NCBI RefSeq assembly: GCF_004010195.1
Contig: NC_057719.1
Location: 71,030,153-71,090,173 of the forward strand
Source of the DNA: Chiloscyllium plagiosum
Taxonomy: Eukaryota
DNA: 60,021 nucleotides
Reading direction: 5' to 3'
Part shown: one piece after another, positions 38,294 to 51,070 of the stretch
How the letters are laid out: each line of letters opens with the position of its first letter
Numbering within the stretch: position 1 is the first letter of the stretch
Notes under the pieces: generated by a model
Told to the model about the DNA's origin: nothing
The model's input: only the letters and a program-made list of their open reading frames with translations
Database searches by the model: none
Program-made: the position numbers and the translations under genes

Positions 38294-39430
38294 TGTAACA
38301 ACTCCTATGGGAAGAGCACACTGGTAAACAAGCCCCACTCTTTGACAACACATCACCAATGTACAAATGACCAATTTAATCACCAAGGTAGTTCACTTGA
38401 CTGACTTTGAGAGTTACTTAGGACAAAATAAATTTGCTCTAGGCTTCATGGGCGGCACGGTGGCACAGTTTGGGCAGCACAGTGGCACAGTGGTTAGCAC
38501 TGCTACCTCACAGCACCAGAAACCTGGGTTCAATTCCCACCTCAGGCGACTGACTGTGTGGAGTTTGCATATTCTCCCCGTGTCTGTGCGGGTTTCCTCC
38601 CACGGTCTAAAAATGTGCAGGTTAGGTGAATTGGCCATGCTAAATTGCCCATAGTGTTAGGCATAGGGGAATGGGTCTGGGTGGGTGCGCGTCGGTGTGG
38701 ACTTGTTGGGCCGAAGGGCCTGTTTCCACACTGTAAGTAATCTAATCAACAAAATGAATAATTATTATAAGCAATCTTATGCATTAGCAAGTGGCAAAAT
38801 GGTTTATTGACTACTACAATTGAAATCTAAACTATATTAGATTTAAGTCCAAGCAGACACACATACATTCACAAATAGGGCAGACATCTCTGCAGAAATA
38901 TCACAGGTGGGAAACATAGGCAATTAAGGGGAAAAGAAATGGGTATCGAGGGTCCAAACATCAAAGTTCAAATGAAGTTACTTCCTCTCAGTCCCTTTTG
39001 GTGTTTGGTGGTGATATCATTTTGTTGTCGCCTGGAGATCCTCATTTTAGTGGTTGGTCAGTTGGCTCTAGGTCTTTGCTGGTGTTAAAAGTTCTTCTTT
39101 CAGAATTGGTTAAGTGTTTTCCCCCATCACTGAGGGTGAGACAGGAAGAGACCTGTCCCTGCTTGCAGATCTCTGGCAATACAGGTGTAACTGCCTTTTC
39201 AGATCTGTGCTAAGCTGAGAGTTAAGAAGTGATAAGGTTGTATTTGGGCAGGTTTTCACACCCAAAGACATCTGGTGCCTGATTGTCTCTCAAAAGTATC
39301 AATTCTACCTTCTTTAAAAGTTACAGAAATAGGTGAATACTACAACAGTCTCATTATTGACCTATTGAATTGTAAAAAAATCCCAAAACAAACAGCTAGT
39401 GCATTCTCTGCAAAACAACAATGCACAAAC
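38294..39430 (-). mobile_element. Solo-LTR-like repeat interrupted by a SINE
   Basis: Begins TGTAAC, loosely similar to the reverse complement of 51640-51701; boundaries uncertain. Confidence 0.35.
38450..38747 (+). mobile_element. HE1-type SINE with duplicated 5' head
   Basis: TGGGCGGCACGGTGGCACAGT-T-TGGGCAGCACAGTGGCACAGT-GGTTAG; V-core; AATCTAATC tail. Confidence 0.92.
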
Positions 39431-39599
39431 TTCCACTTTTTCCTAGTTTATATTGCCAAACATATATGCAATGTTTATGCATACGCACACACTCGTGCAA
39501 TTAAAAGGGGATCATGTCTCACAAAAGGAGTATAAAAGACTCTAAACTATGCATTCAGAACCTTTTCAGTGTTTTTCCCCACTCCTCCCGTCACAGACA

Positions 39600-39790
39600 A
39601 TGCTTGGGTGACTGTCTTTGTGGAGTTTACACCTTCTCTCCGTGTCTTCATGCCAGCTTCCTCCCACAGTCCAAAACTGGGCAGATTAGATGGATTGGCC
39701 ATGGTAAAGTGCCTCTTAGTGCTCAGGGATATGCAGGCTAGATGGGTTAGCCATAGGAAATGCAAGGCTCTGGAGATAAGATGGGGGCCT
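39600..39790 (+). mobile_element. Old HE1/V-SINE fragment
   Basis: TGTGGAGTTTACACCTTCTCTCCGTGTC..TTCCTCCCACAGTCCAAA..GGATTGGCCATGGTAAA. Confidence 0.75.
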
Positions 39791-40598
39791 ACATAAAGTA
39801 GTGCCTTGAAATTGGAGCTTGTTTGTGTAATTCTGTTTCTGCATAAGATACATGTTTAGGTTTGTTAAATGCAGCTGAGATTTCATCTCTAAAACGTGAA
39901 CATTCTCACAAAACTGTAAATTTAAATCAGAGATGAGAGTCTTTTCGTACCTCCCAGGCCTTTTGCTCCCTGGTTTCTTTGCCCTCGGACAAAATGTTAA
40001 TTGCATCTCGCGTTGTCTCATTTAATATTCGCTGATTTCATAAAACTAGACCGATCTTTGTGGTCAGATGATCACTGGCCATTTTAAATCAGTGTTTTTC
40101 ATCTTTTTTAAAAAACAATTTCAGTCCATGGAAACCCCATGCATTAATGATGGAATTCAAAACTCAATAGTCCATATTTTATATCATCGTGACACAGGTC
40201 ATTTAATGTTTCTTGTGCACATTACATCATTAACTGTGTTGTATAGATATGAAGGAACATATACTAATTTCAAAATTGGATAAAAATCAATGGTCAAGAA
40301 ATGAAAACCAACCAACTTAGCTTTTGCAGTGATAATGATGTGAGAATGATCTACTTAGGTCTGATTATTCCAAGCTAATCTTTAATGTTAGGTTTAGTCA
40401 CTTTGATAAACATTTACACACTGGTGTACAGAGAAGAAAACTCTTATTCCTGTTCACCATCAAGTGATCTCTGTTGGAAAGGCAAGAAATCTTAGCAAGA
40501 AGAAGGAAAATCAGGCCAGGAAAGGATTACAGTCACTGTGATTCTCTCCAGTATTAAACAGTTTGCTATTATTCATTATGTCTGTTCATGAAGTTAGA

Positions 40599-41478
40599 TG
40601 AAGTCAAAAGTCATGCGAACCAGATTATCGTCCAGCAGGTTTATTTGAAATCACAAGCTTTCGGAGCACTGCTCCTTCATCAAGTGAAGTGAAGAAAAGT
40701 ACACAGGCACAGAAATTATAGGCAGAGAGATCAATAGGCAGAGAGATCAATAGACAGAGGGATGAAAAGATCATACAAATGGTGTGACTGGAGTGTTGAC
40801 TGGTTGAATAAGTCTGCAAGTCCCTCTAAGGCAGTGTTCGAGATACACACACAATCGAGGATTGCTGTGCAGAAACTGACTAGTCAAGCTCCATACCCAT
40901 GAAGATAGCCTCAACCGTAATCTTGGGTTCATGTTGCATTACATGTAACCTCACCACACTGTTCTGTAACTGTAAAATCTACCTTACTGTCCTGTTTTGA
41001 CACTATCACTTTGAAAACTTATTACGATCTTTCCACTTTAATTAGTTTGATTACTTGCTACTTTGGTTAGATCCTCAGCATGCAACTCTTAAATCTGTCA
41101 TGTTATTTCAGCCATTTGGCTTCCCTCCAGCACCAGCTTTTTAAACCTTTTTTTATAATTTTCTCTCTGCCTCAACTAATTAGATTATAGGTCATCCTTT
41201 CACTTGATATTCTGCTGTTGACACTTTATTCACACCATCTGACAGTTTTGATTGCCTGCAGAAACTTATTATTCAGCCAGTCAACAATCCACATACACCA
41301 TGTATGATCTTTTGATCTTTCAGCCTATAAATTCTGTGTCCGTGTACTTTTCTTCATTTACCTGACAAAGGAGCAGTGCTTCAAAAACTTGTGATTTCAA
41401 ATAAACCTGTTGGACTATAACCTGGTGTCATGTGACTTATGACCTTGTTCACTCCAGTTCAATACCAGCACCTCCACG
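40599..41478 (+). mobile_element. PLE family B: inverted pLTR, GIY-YIG C-terminal remnant and sense pLTR
   Basis: About 200-bp inverted arms (40601-40820 and 41255-41446); middle encodes KLHTHEDSLNRNLGFM; hammerhead-like TGATGAAGGAGCAGTGCTCCGAAAGCTT (minus strand, 40655-40682); flanks TCATGA(A/G)GTTAGA at 40586-40598 and 41479-41491. Confidence 0.8.
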
Positions 41479-43299
41479 TCATGAGGTTAGACAGATACTT
41501 GGGTAAGGCAATGGAAATTGAGGAATAGTACCAAAATAGGAGGCAATGTCTTCAGGACAGAAAGTGGGGGGCTGGGTCGTGAGGATTTGGGAAATGAGAA
41601 AAGTATGACAACAAAAATTTTATTAAACAACTGCAGCTTTCGTTTATTATGTTTAATCAAATTTCCAATTGTTTGGTTGGCAGACCTTTGGTGTGAAGCT
41701 CAATGTAATCCTGAGAATCTAATGGATTAATCTAGTTATAAAATGCACCAAGGTGTTACTGTTGAATCAACAAAAGAGTGAATTATTAGCTTTACTCAGA
41801 AGTTTCATGATAACCGATGAGAGACTATAGTGAAGCAGTAAGTTCTTAATTCACATTATATGGCTCATGGGTAGTGGATTATAACAGTTCTCCTCATATT
41901 GATGATTACGTTAGAATTCCAGATATATAAGCTGGCTTGGTCTTGTGTTTCATAAATCAGGCAAATTTTAACATTCAACTTGAATCATCAATTTGTAAAA
42001 ATGTTCTACCTCTTCACTATACTTTGGATTACTTAAAATGATACAGAGGTCAATTTTTATAAATTGTCAGTTCAGCCCAGATTTTTTTTCTCTGCTAAAA
42101 ATTTCTTCCTTTCTAGGGCATTAATGTCTTGCTGGTATATAACTTCAAGGTTTCTTGCACACTCTCTTACCTCACAAGTAATCCATTATTCGTGTAGAAT
42201 TCTTTAGGATTGTCAGACTATTCACATTGTAACTAAGGGCATTATTCTGATCTCATATTCAGAGGTACTTATCAGGCACAGGAGTCCTGGGTAATCTTCT
42301 TTCCAAACTAGAGCTCAGTTGTGGTGTCCTTTCTCCTGCCTCTGCTCAGATCAGCTAACTTGACATAGACCAACAATCAAAGCATTTGGCTCCACTACAT
42401 GCTTCAGTCTGAAATTTGTACCGGTGCATTGTCCCTCTGTTGAAGTAATTATAGAGTCTATTGTTGAACACTGCTGTTCATACCTGGTAGTAAGATAACG
42501 TTGTGTCTTGTTATACGTTGCTGTGAGTTACGTTGCATAGTTGTCTCGATCAGTCGCTCAGTTCAGAATTATAATGCAGTGCAAACACACAAAAATACTT
42601 GGATCCAAAGGCAGCCTAACTGAATTTGTTACAGAATATATTTATAAACATATTTATGAAAACAAATATTCTGAAATATAGTTAGTCATCTTGCACTGAT
42701 GCAGTTTTGGGGAGTGTGACTGTTGGAAATTCCCATGTGGCATATTAAAAACTATTTAATCTGGTAAAAATTATGGCACCTAATCAAAATTAATTTAGTC
42801 TTGCAAACAGATAAACTGAGTTCCAGTAATTTACAATGTGTTGAGGAATTGTTTGTCAGAAATAAAATGCCTGTGCATTTGCCAAAATATTTGTGATTTG
42901 TGATGAGGTATCCAGTTCAGAGGCTAGCTGCCAGTCTTTCCTTTTATCTACAGGCATTGTATTCAATCTGTATCTTTGGCATGCTTTGGATGGAGAATGT
43001 ATTAGAGTGTCCTGAGATTAAGAATTATGAGATTTACATGAAATCTCTTTGTTCTGTCTTTTTCTTTTTTCTTTTTGTGCATGAAAAGCAATATTGTTCA
43101 TGTCAGTTTGTTTGAGACAGCTTCAATGAATAATATTCTACAGTTATACATATATTTGTTGTTCTGTATTATTATAATGTTCATTACATTCCTCAGGAAG
43201 TTGTTGACTGAAGCAGTTCCACTTCTGTGAATGTTGTAATCTCTGTTGTCTTCTTCATTCTATACTCCACCTTTTGTATGTCAACCACTCTGCACTAAG

Positions 43300-43640
43300 G
43301 ATATTGGAGACCTACTGGTGATGTTAATGGACGAGTATTTTCGAAGTTCAGTATAATGGTCTAGGTTGGGCGTTCAATCCCATTATGAGGATTAGTGGAA
43401 TTCAGTCAGTAATGTCAGGAAGCGAAATGTATTATTTCAAAACAACTGTCATAAAAGTCCCCTTGATTCAATAATTTCCTTTTAGAGAATGAAATCAGCC
43501 ATTCTTACCTGTATGTGAGTCCAGACCCACAGCAACGTGGTTGATTCTTAACTATCCTTTGACAAGGTATAACAAGCCATCAGTTCAAGGGCAGCTAGGG
43601 ATGGGCAACAAACACTTGAATGTCCATATTTCATGAAAGG
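43300..43640 (+). mobile_element. Older SINE-sized derivative of the 9.5-kb LINE family
   Basis: TCCAGACCCACAGCAACGTGGTTGATTCTTAAC body fused to CAAGGGCAGCTAGGGATGGGCAA tail. Confidence 0.7.
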
Positions 43641-43756
43641 ATTTTAGTTTTAAAAACTTGTTTATATACAAATATGCAGTTACTAATTGCAGCAGTTTTT
43701 GAACATGCCTGATTGTTACGGCCATGAGTCTGTTGTCAGAACCTGACAGAATGTAA

Positions 43757-45030
43757 GGGTGGAATTTTCCCAGACATGGGCAATAGAGAAACATTTGGGA
43801 AAATACATTTAGCTTCCTGATATAGAGAAATATGTTTCCAATCTTCCTCTTAAAATTTCAGTGGCGAGTTCTGAATTTCATTAACGACAAACGAAACCTC
43901 AGTTCCATGCATTTGTATCTCATTAATAGCTAAACTTGCTTTATTTCAATGAAACGCTCCATTCTCTTCTCCTTCCCTGAGAAACCAGAATGCAACAATT
44001 CCTGAAGGTCCAAGTGGTTACCCAACAGCTTGCTATGTGCTTCTCTGGGTATTCATCTGACTACACGATTTGCCTGACAACTCCATAGACACTGTCCTCT
44101 TCTATCTTTCCTCCACTCAATGAGGCATTGCCAAACCACTAGCTTCACTGCATAACTATTTCTACCATAGGACCAACTCGCACACCACTTCAGCCCTTGA
44201 GGACTTCACTTCAGGGGCATTATGCCTTGCATGCTTCTGTCAGGCTGTTTTAGCTGAAGGGACACACACATCTACATAGGATGTCTCTTATGCCTGTTAT
44301 CTTGCCTTGCTAGCACTCCCTCCCTTTTTTCTGACTTTGAGGCTGCCAGCCTCTTGTAGTTTGCATTGCCATTTAGCAGAAGGGTCAAGCAGGCAGCTTG
44401 TCACTACCAGTGCACCGAACAATCAAAAGGGTAGCCATGATACTGTACAGCACTGAGCTATATCCATCTCATACCTACAGTATATCCCAGCAGCTTGTGA
44501 GGCTGTATGTGCATCAACCAAACAGCTATATCTGAAAGTCAAAGGGCATCAGTCCTGAGTGGAATGGAGGGAGACTATAGTCAGTTAGGGAGTGCAGCCA
44601 CACCCAGTCAAGGCTATCATCCAATCTCAGTCCAGGAGATTGGTCACATACAGCCAGGCTCTTGGTCTAACCAAGCCTAGTGATCAGTGTCTTACAGTCT
44701 GCGATTGGGCCATGGTCAGCCTACAGGTCAAATGCAAACAGTGTGGCAATCATAGGAACATCAGTCAGGAGGTGTGGTGACATCAGCCCAGGGGCTGTCC
44801 TTGCAAATCAGTCTGGGGGGTGAGCCACCGTTAGTCCTGAGGATTTAGTCATTAATGTTTGTGGAGCTCATCAGGAGGCAGTCCTAGATAAAGTGAGACT
44901 TTCCAATCTGATGTTGTGGTTATTAGAACTAGTGGACTGAAGCATAGGTGTGTACCAGCTTGGGTTCATGTGCTAGTGTGCTGTGAAGGTCATAGTAGAA
45001 GAACCATCCACTAGTCACCCTGTGTTGCAG
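43757..45030 (+). mobile_element. PIF/Harbinger-like DNA transposon remnant (left end and transposase N-terminal region)
   Basis: TAA|GGGTGGAATTTTCC terminus; 44170-44830 colinear with 56150-56890; 43850-44005 inverted-homologous to 55865-56000; AVKVIV at about 44980 resembles HARBI1-type PVAVKVT. Confidence 0.55.
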
Positions 45031-45599
45031 GTAAAATGACTCTCCAACTGGCTAGTCAGAAGGAAATGGGACAAGAAAGACTCTCTCACTCTGAGTGCTG
45101 ACAAACCAACCAACCATTGAGAAAGGAAATAGGGCAACAGGATTCCAAATTGCTTTCAAAAGCCAAGAATCCTGTAATCAACTGTTCAACTATCAATGTT
45201 CCATTACTTATACCTCACAAATGACATAGGCAAACTGATCTATATATATTATAATTTTTTTTAGACTTATTCCTAAGCTCTGCAGCATTGATTATTTTTG
45301 CATTTAGCAATGAACAAATTCACTCTTTTGATAACTCAAAGCCTGCTTCATTTCGTTCCTTTTGAAACATAAAGTCCTTAATCTGGGAACAAGCCATCCA
45401 GAGGGAGGGATCCTTTTTAAATTAACTTGGTTCAGAATGATCAAGGGAGTGGTGAATAAAGAGTAATGAGTCATCCCTTCTCACACAAGAACATAATGCT
45501 TTAGGCTATAACCTAGAAGCCCCTAATTTTAAAATATTTTCCCCTCTTCCTGGATTCAAGCACAAGTATAGGTTACAACAATAAATTAGAATTGTTGTT

Positions 45600-46050
45600 A
45601 AGGCCACAGGGACATCTACAGGGAGATCACCCCCACAAAAGAGCAGAGCCAAGCACTACAGTGAGTGAGATCCCTGCAGGAGTGGGCTGTGCCACTTGAC
45701 ACTAGAACAGCATCTACATGAGCTCAATGCTCTGTTTAGGGTTGGCCATTGTGAGCCAATGGCTTTGCTTTTTGCATTTCTGTGTAACTGGTCTTGGGTT
45801 CATCTAAAGGGGTTGGTAGCCTCTCTTCAAAGTTGTCACTTGTCACCTAGCATCTATCCACAGATGTGTGTGTGTGTGTGAATCTGGAGCAGGGGAAGAT
45901 AATGAAGAGCGTCAACTGGTAGAGGATGAGGAATCATAGGAACAGACAGGACAATTGCAGACGTAATGAAAGCTCATGTTGGTGTCACAAATCGGTGAAT
46001 CTTTTCCTGTTGATGTCCAGTTGTTTCAAAGAAAGCATCAGTGACCTAAG
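45600..46050 (+). mobile_element. Possible Harbinger transposase C-terminal remnant
   Basis: LEQHLHELNALFR (compare IEQTIG.LK.RFR) followed by acidic GEDNEERQLVEDEE. Confidence 0.3.
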
Positions 46051-46709
46051 GAGTGTAGTAGTGTACAGCAGTTGCGGGAAGATCTGCACCTAATCCAAGG
46101 AATTTGGATTCTGGGTAATTCAAAATGGAGGACGGAAAAAATTTATGTTTGTAGCAGCTACTCCTTTTTTGAGGTACTTTAGGTGTTGGAGGTGATTTCC
46201 TTGAATTCCAGGAGAAGCAATTAATGTTTTATATGCTGTTGCATTGTTTTTGCACTTTGCAGGAAAAAAAAGTCAAAACAACAGCACTTTTAAAAGGGAG
46301 ACGAACAGACAAAGGCAGCACATGATGAGGTCAGTGCAGGAGAGAGAGAGAGAAAGAAATCCACACTGCTAACTGACACAGCAGTGAACCTGCACAGTTA
46401 CTGTCGTTGCTGTAGAATTCATGTATCGCTGGACATCAAACTGAGTCTGGGAAAATTAACAAACAGTGAAATTCACAACTGATCTTGGAGGAACCTGTTT
46501 GGGAGAGGTCACAGCACAGAAACAGATAAGTGAATGCGTGAATATTTTAAGTAAGTCTGCAGCAGTGAGCAGAGTGGGTTCTTTTTTGATTATATGTTTT
46601 ATTGAGATATGTCTTTTGATTAAACTTAAAATATAAGACATAAGAGCAGTGTTTTGTAGAGGAATAAGACAGTGCTATTTTCTGGGTCTGTAGATTGAAA
46701 GAAGCAAAA

Positions 46710-47591
46710 ATGGCCTTTAGTAGAGTGATATGCTCTTCTTGTCGGATATGGGAGTTTAGAGAGAGTTTACGGGTTACTGAGGATTATAGCTGCAATAAAT
46801 GCCACTGGTTGTGAATCCTACCAGATCGAATGGATCGGTTGGAGAGACAGTTAGAGGCAATGAGGAAATTACAAGAGCAAGGGGATGTATAGGAATGGAG
46901 AAAAGTCACAGAAACAGTTACATAAATGGGTTAACTTCAGGAAAGGTAAGCGAGAGTGGCGGTTCGTGCAGGAGTCTCCTGTGGCTATCCCCATTTCAAA
47001 CAAGTATTTGAAAAATGTAGGAGGAGATGGATTCTCAGGGGAACGTAGCATGAACAGTCAAATTTCTGGTATTGAGACTGGCTCTAATGCAACAAGGGGT
47101 ACGTCGGGTTCCAAGAGATCGATTGTGTTAGGGGATTCTCTAGTCCTAGGTACAGAAAGACGTTTCTGTGGCCAGCAGCGAAAAATCAGAATGGTGTGTT
47201 GCTTCCCTGGTGCCAGGATCAAGGATGTCTCAGAGGGGATGCAGAATGTTCTCAAAGGGGAGAGGGAACATCAGGAGGTCGTTGTCCACATTGGAAACAA
47301 CAACATTGGAAGGGAAAAGGTTGAGATTCTGAAGGGTGATTACAGAGAGTTAGGCAGGAATTTAAAAAGGAGGTCCTCGAGAGTAGTAATATCTGGATTA
47401 CTCCCGGTGCTACAAGCTAGTGAGGGCAGGAATAGGAGGATAGAGCAGATGAGTGCATGGCTGAGGAGCTGGTATATGGGAGAAGGATTTACATTTTTGG
47501 ACCATTGGAAGCTCTTTTGGGGTAGAAGTGACCTGTATAAGAAGGACGGATTGCACCTAATTTGGAAGAGGTCTAATATTCTGGCAGGGAG
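46710..47591 (+). pseudogene. CR1 ORF1: zinc finger/leucine zipper plus SGNH esterase (disrupted)
   Basis: MAFSRVICSSC...CNKC, then RMDRLERQLEAMR; esterase blocks GDS, PGA, HIGNNN, DGLH. Confidence 0.88.
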
Positions 47592-47620
47592 NNNNNNNNN
47601 NNNNNNNNNNNNNNNNNNNN
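47592..47620. other. Assembly gap (29 N) covering the CR1 ORF1/ORF2 junction
   Basis: N run; the equivalent interval in the 59-kb copy is about 150 bp, so the gap is probably under-sized. Confidence 0.95.
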
Positions 47621-49476
47621 ATAAATTAAACTGCATTTATTTCAATGCAAGGGGCCTAACAGGGAAGGCAGATGAACTCAGGGCATGGTTAGGAACTTGG
47701 GACTGGGATATCATAGCAATTACAGAAACATGGCTTGGGGTAGACAGGACTGGCAGCTTAATGTCCCAGGATACAAATGCTATAGGAAGGATAGAAAGAG
47801 AGGCAACAGAGGAGGGAGAGTGGCATTTTTGATAAGGGATAGCATTACAGCTGTACTTAGGGAGGATATTCCTGCAAATACATCTGGGGAAGTTATTTGG
47901 GTGGAATTGAGAAATAAGAAAAGGATGATCACCTTATTGGGATTGTATTATAGACCCCCTAATAGTCAGAAGGAAATTGAGAAACAAACTTGTAAGGAGA
48001 TCTCAGCTATCTGTAAGAATAATAGGGTGGTACTGGTAGGAATTTTAGCTTTCCAAGCATAGACTGGGACTGCCATAATGTTAAGGATTTAGATGGAGAG
48101 GAATTTGTTAAGTGTGTATAAGAAAATTTTCTGATTCAGTATGTGGATGTACCTACTAGAGAAGGTGCAAACCTTGACCTACTCTTGGGAAATAAGGCAG
48201 GGCAGGTGACTGAGGTGTCAGTGGGGGAGCACTTTGGGGCCAGCGACCATAATTCTATTAGTTTTAAAAAAGTGATGGAAAAGGGTAACAAGATCTAAAA
48301 GTTGAAGTTCTAAATTGGAGGAAGGCCAATATTGACGGTATTAGGCAAGAACTTTCAAAAGCTGATTGAGCTCAGATGTTTGCAGGTAAAGAGACGGCTG
48401 GAAAATGGGAAGCCTTCAGAAATAAGATAACGAGAGTCCAGACACGGTATAATCCTGTGCAAGGAAAGGCTAGTAGGTATAGGGAATGCTGGATGACAAA
48501 AGAAATTGAGGGATTAGTTAAGAAAAAGAAGAATGCATATGTCAGTTATAGACAAGATAGATCAAATGAATCCTTAGAAGAGTATAAAGGCAGTAGGAGT
48601 AAACTTAAGAGGGAAATCAGGAGGGTAAAAAGGGGTAATGAGATAGCTTTGGCAAATAGAATTAAGGAGAATCCAAAGGGTTTTTACAAATACATTAAGG
48701 ACTAAAGGGTAACGAGGGAGAGAATAGGGTCCCTCAAAGATCAGCAAGGTGGCCTTTGTGGGGAGCCGCAGGAGATGGGGGAGGTGTTAAATGATTATTT
48801 TGCATCAGTATTTACTGTGGAAAAGAATATGGCAGAACACGGGGAAATAGATGGTGACATCTTGAAGAATGCCCATATTACAGAGGAGGAAGTGCTCTTT
48901 AATGTCTTGAAATGCATAAAAGTGGATAAATCCCCAAGACCTGTTCTGGTGTACCAGAGAACAATGTGGGAATCTAGGGAAGTGATTGCTGGACCTGTAA
49001 CTGAGATATTTGTATCATCGATAGTCACAGGTGAGGTGCCGGAAGATTGGAGGTTCGCTAATGTGGTGCCACTGTTTAAGAAGGGCGGTAAAGACAAGCC
49101 AGGGAACTATAGACCAGTGAGCCTGATGTCAGTGGTGGGCAAGTTGTTAGAGGGAATCCTGAGGGACATGATGTACATGTATTTGGAAAGGCAAGGACTG
49201 ATAAGGGTTAGTCAACATGGCTTTGTGCATGGGAAATCATGTCTCACAAACTTGATTGAATTTTTTGAAAAAGTAACAAAGAGGATTGATGAGGGCAGAG
49301 TAGTAGATGTGATCAGTATGGACTTCAGTGGGGCATTCGACAAGGTTCTCCTTGGGAGACTGGTGAGCAAGGTTAGATCTCATGGAATACAGGGAGAACT
49401 CACCATTTGGATACTGAACTGGCTCAAAGGTAGAAGACAGAGGGTGGTGGTGGAGGGTTGTTATTCAGACTGTAAG

Positions 49477-49768
49477 CCTGTGACCAGTGGAGTGCCACAA
49501 GGATCGGTTCTGGTTTCACTACTTTTCATCATTTATATAAATAATTTGGAGATAAGCATAAGAGGTACAGTTAGTAAGTTTTCAGATGTCACCAGAATTA
49601 GAGGTGTAGTGGACAGCAAAGACCTGTGACCAGTGGAGAGCCACAAGGATCGGTTCTGGTTTCACTACTTTTCATCATTTATATAAATAATTTGGAGATA
49701 AGCATAAGAGGTACAGTTAGTAAGTTTGCAGATGACACCAGAATTAGAGGTGTAGTGAACAGCAAAGA
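49477..49768 (+). repeat. 146-bp tandem duplication inside the CR1 RT domain
   Basis: CCTGTGACCAGTGGAG...CAGCAAAGA starts at 49477 and 49623; 4 substitutions between units. Confidence 0.95.
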
Positions 49769-50704
49769 AGGTTACCTCAGATTACAACGGGATCTTGAAC
49801 AGATGGGCCAATGGGCTGAGAATTGGCAGTTGGAGTTTAATTTAGATAAATGTGAGGTGCTGCATTTTGGGAAAGCAAATCTTAGCAGGACTTACACACT
49901 TAATGATGAGGTCCCAGAGAGTATTGCTGAACAAAGAGACATTGGAGTGCAGGTTCATAGCTCCTTGAAAGTGGAGTCACAGGTAGATAGGATAGCGAAG
50001 AAGGCATTTGGTATACTTTCTCTTATGGTCAGAATATTGGGTACAGGATTTGGCAGATCATGTTGCAGCTGTACAGGACATTGGTTCAGCCACTGTTGAA
50101 ATATTGTGTGCAATTCTCGTCTCCTTCCTATCGGAAAGATGTTGTGAAACTTGAAAGGATTAAAAAAAGATTTACAAGGATGTTGCCAGGGTTGGAGGAT
50201 TTGAGCTATAGGGAGAGGCTGAATAGGCTGGGGCTGTTTTACAATTGCAACATTTAAAAGGCATCTGAATGTGTAAATGAATAGGTAGGGTTTGGAGGGA
50301 TATGGGCTGGGTGCCGACAGGTGGGACTAGATTGGGTTGAGGTACCTGGTCACCATGGACGAGTTGGACAGAAGGGTCTGTTCCTGTGCTGTACATCTCT
50401 AAGAAGCCAGATGTGAGGAGGCTCCAGGCCACAGTTGCTTTGACTACTGGCAGGACATGATGAGCAATGCTATGAGGTGGAAGTTCTATCTGCAAGCCTC
50501 CTTAGTGCCCTTGTAATAAAGAGGCTGACAACTCATGCACTGTCTGAATGTCACTGACTACTGCCTCCACAAGCTGAGCTGATCCAATGACACATACGTT
50601 GCAATGATTGATTCACTTTCTCCACTTTCTCTTTTCATTTATATATTTAACATAATTGTTTGGAGAGACATGACTAGCTCCCTACAGAATATTCATCTCC
50701 ATGT

Positions 50705-50900
50705 AAAGAGGAAGTTGCCATAGTCTTACAGGACGGTAAGGTTGTTCTGTCATTAACCTGAAGGTCACCACACCCCTGATGAGGGGGAAAGATTGAGAAG
50801 GAGAGTCCTTTCATGCTAACCTCAGCTGGTGCAGGAATAAAAGCCACAGTATTGGTATTACTCTGCAAACTAGCTATTCAGTCTTCTGAGCTAGTGAATC
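50705..50900 (-). mobile_element. tRNA-derived SINE, third family
   Basis: AAGTTGCCATAGTCTTAC...TTAACCTGAAGGTCACCAC; homologous to 31368-31590. Confidence 0.7.
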
Positions 50901-51041
50901 CATGTGTTTAATTCATCACTGCCCCAGCTTGTGTATCACCAGCAAAATCTCTGTTCCTTGATAAACTTTTGATGAGGTATTTTTAACAACCTGCCTCAAG
51001 GGACTGGATGGGTTTTGAGAGTTCTCCTACCACTGCTACCA

Positions 51042-51070
51042 CCCCCCCCCCCCCCCCCCCCCCCACCCCC
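51042..51070. repeat. Poly-C tract (C23-A-C5)
   Basis: Direct reading. Confidence 0.95.

Larger units (their letters stand above)
46100..50400 (+). mobile_element. Near full-length CR1 LINE, disabled (5' UTR, ORF1, ORF2, 3' UTR)
   Basis: ORF1 from ATG 46710; ORF2 APE (YFNARGL, AITETW, YYRPP, ASDH) and RT (NYRPVSL, DFSGAFDKV, PQGSVL, FADD); many stops and frameshifts; deletion at about 50240; 5' boundary approximate. Confidence 0.95.

Noticed and set aside
46885..47832. 315-aa esterase-endonuclease fusion protein
   Set aside because: The fusion is created by reading through the 29-N gap between ORF1 and ORF2
51042..51070. Poly-C tract as a functional G-quadruplex or i-motif
   Set aside because: Simple homopolymer of unreliable length with no supporting context
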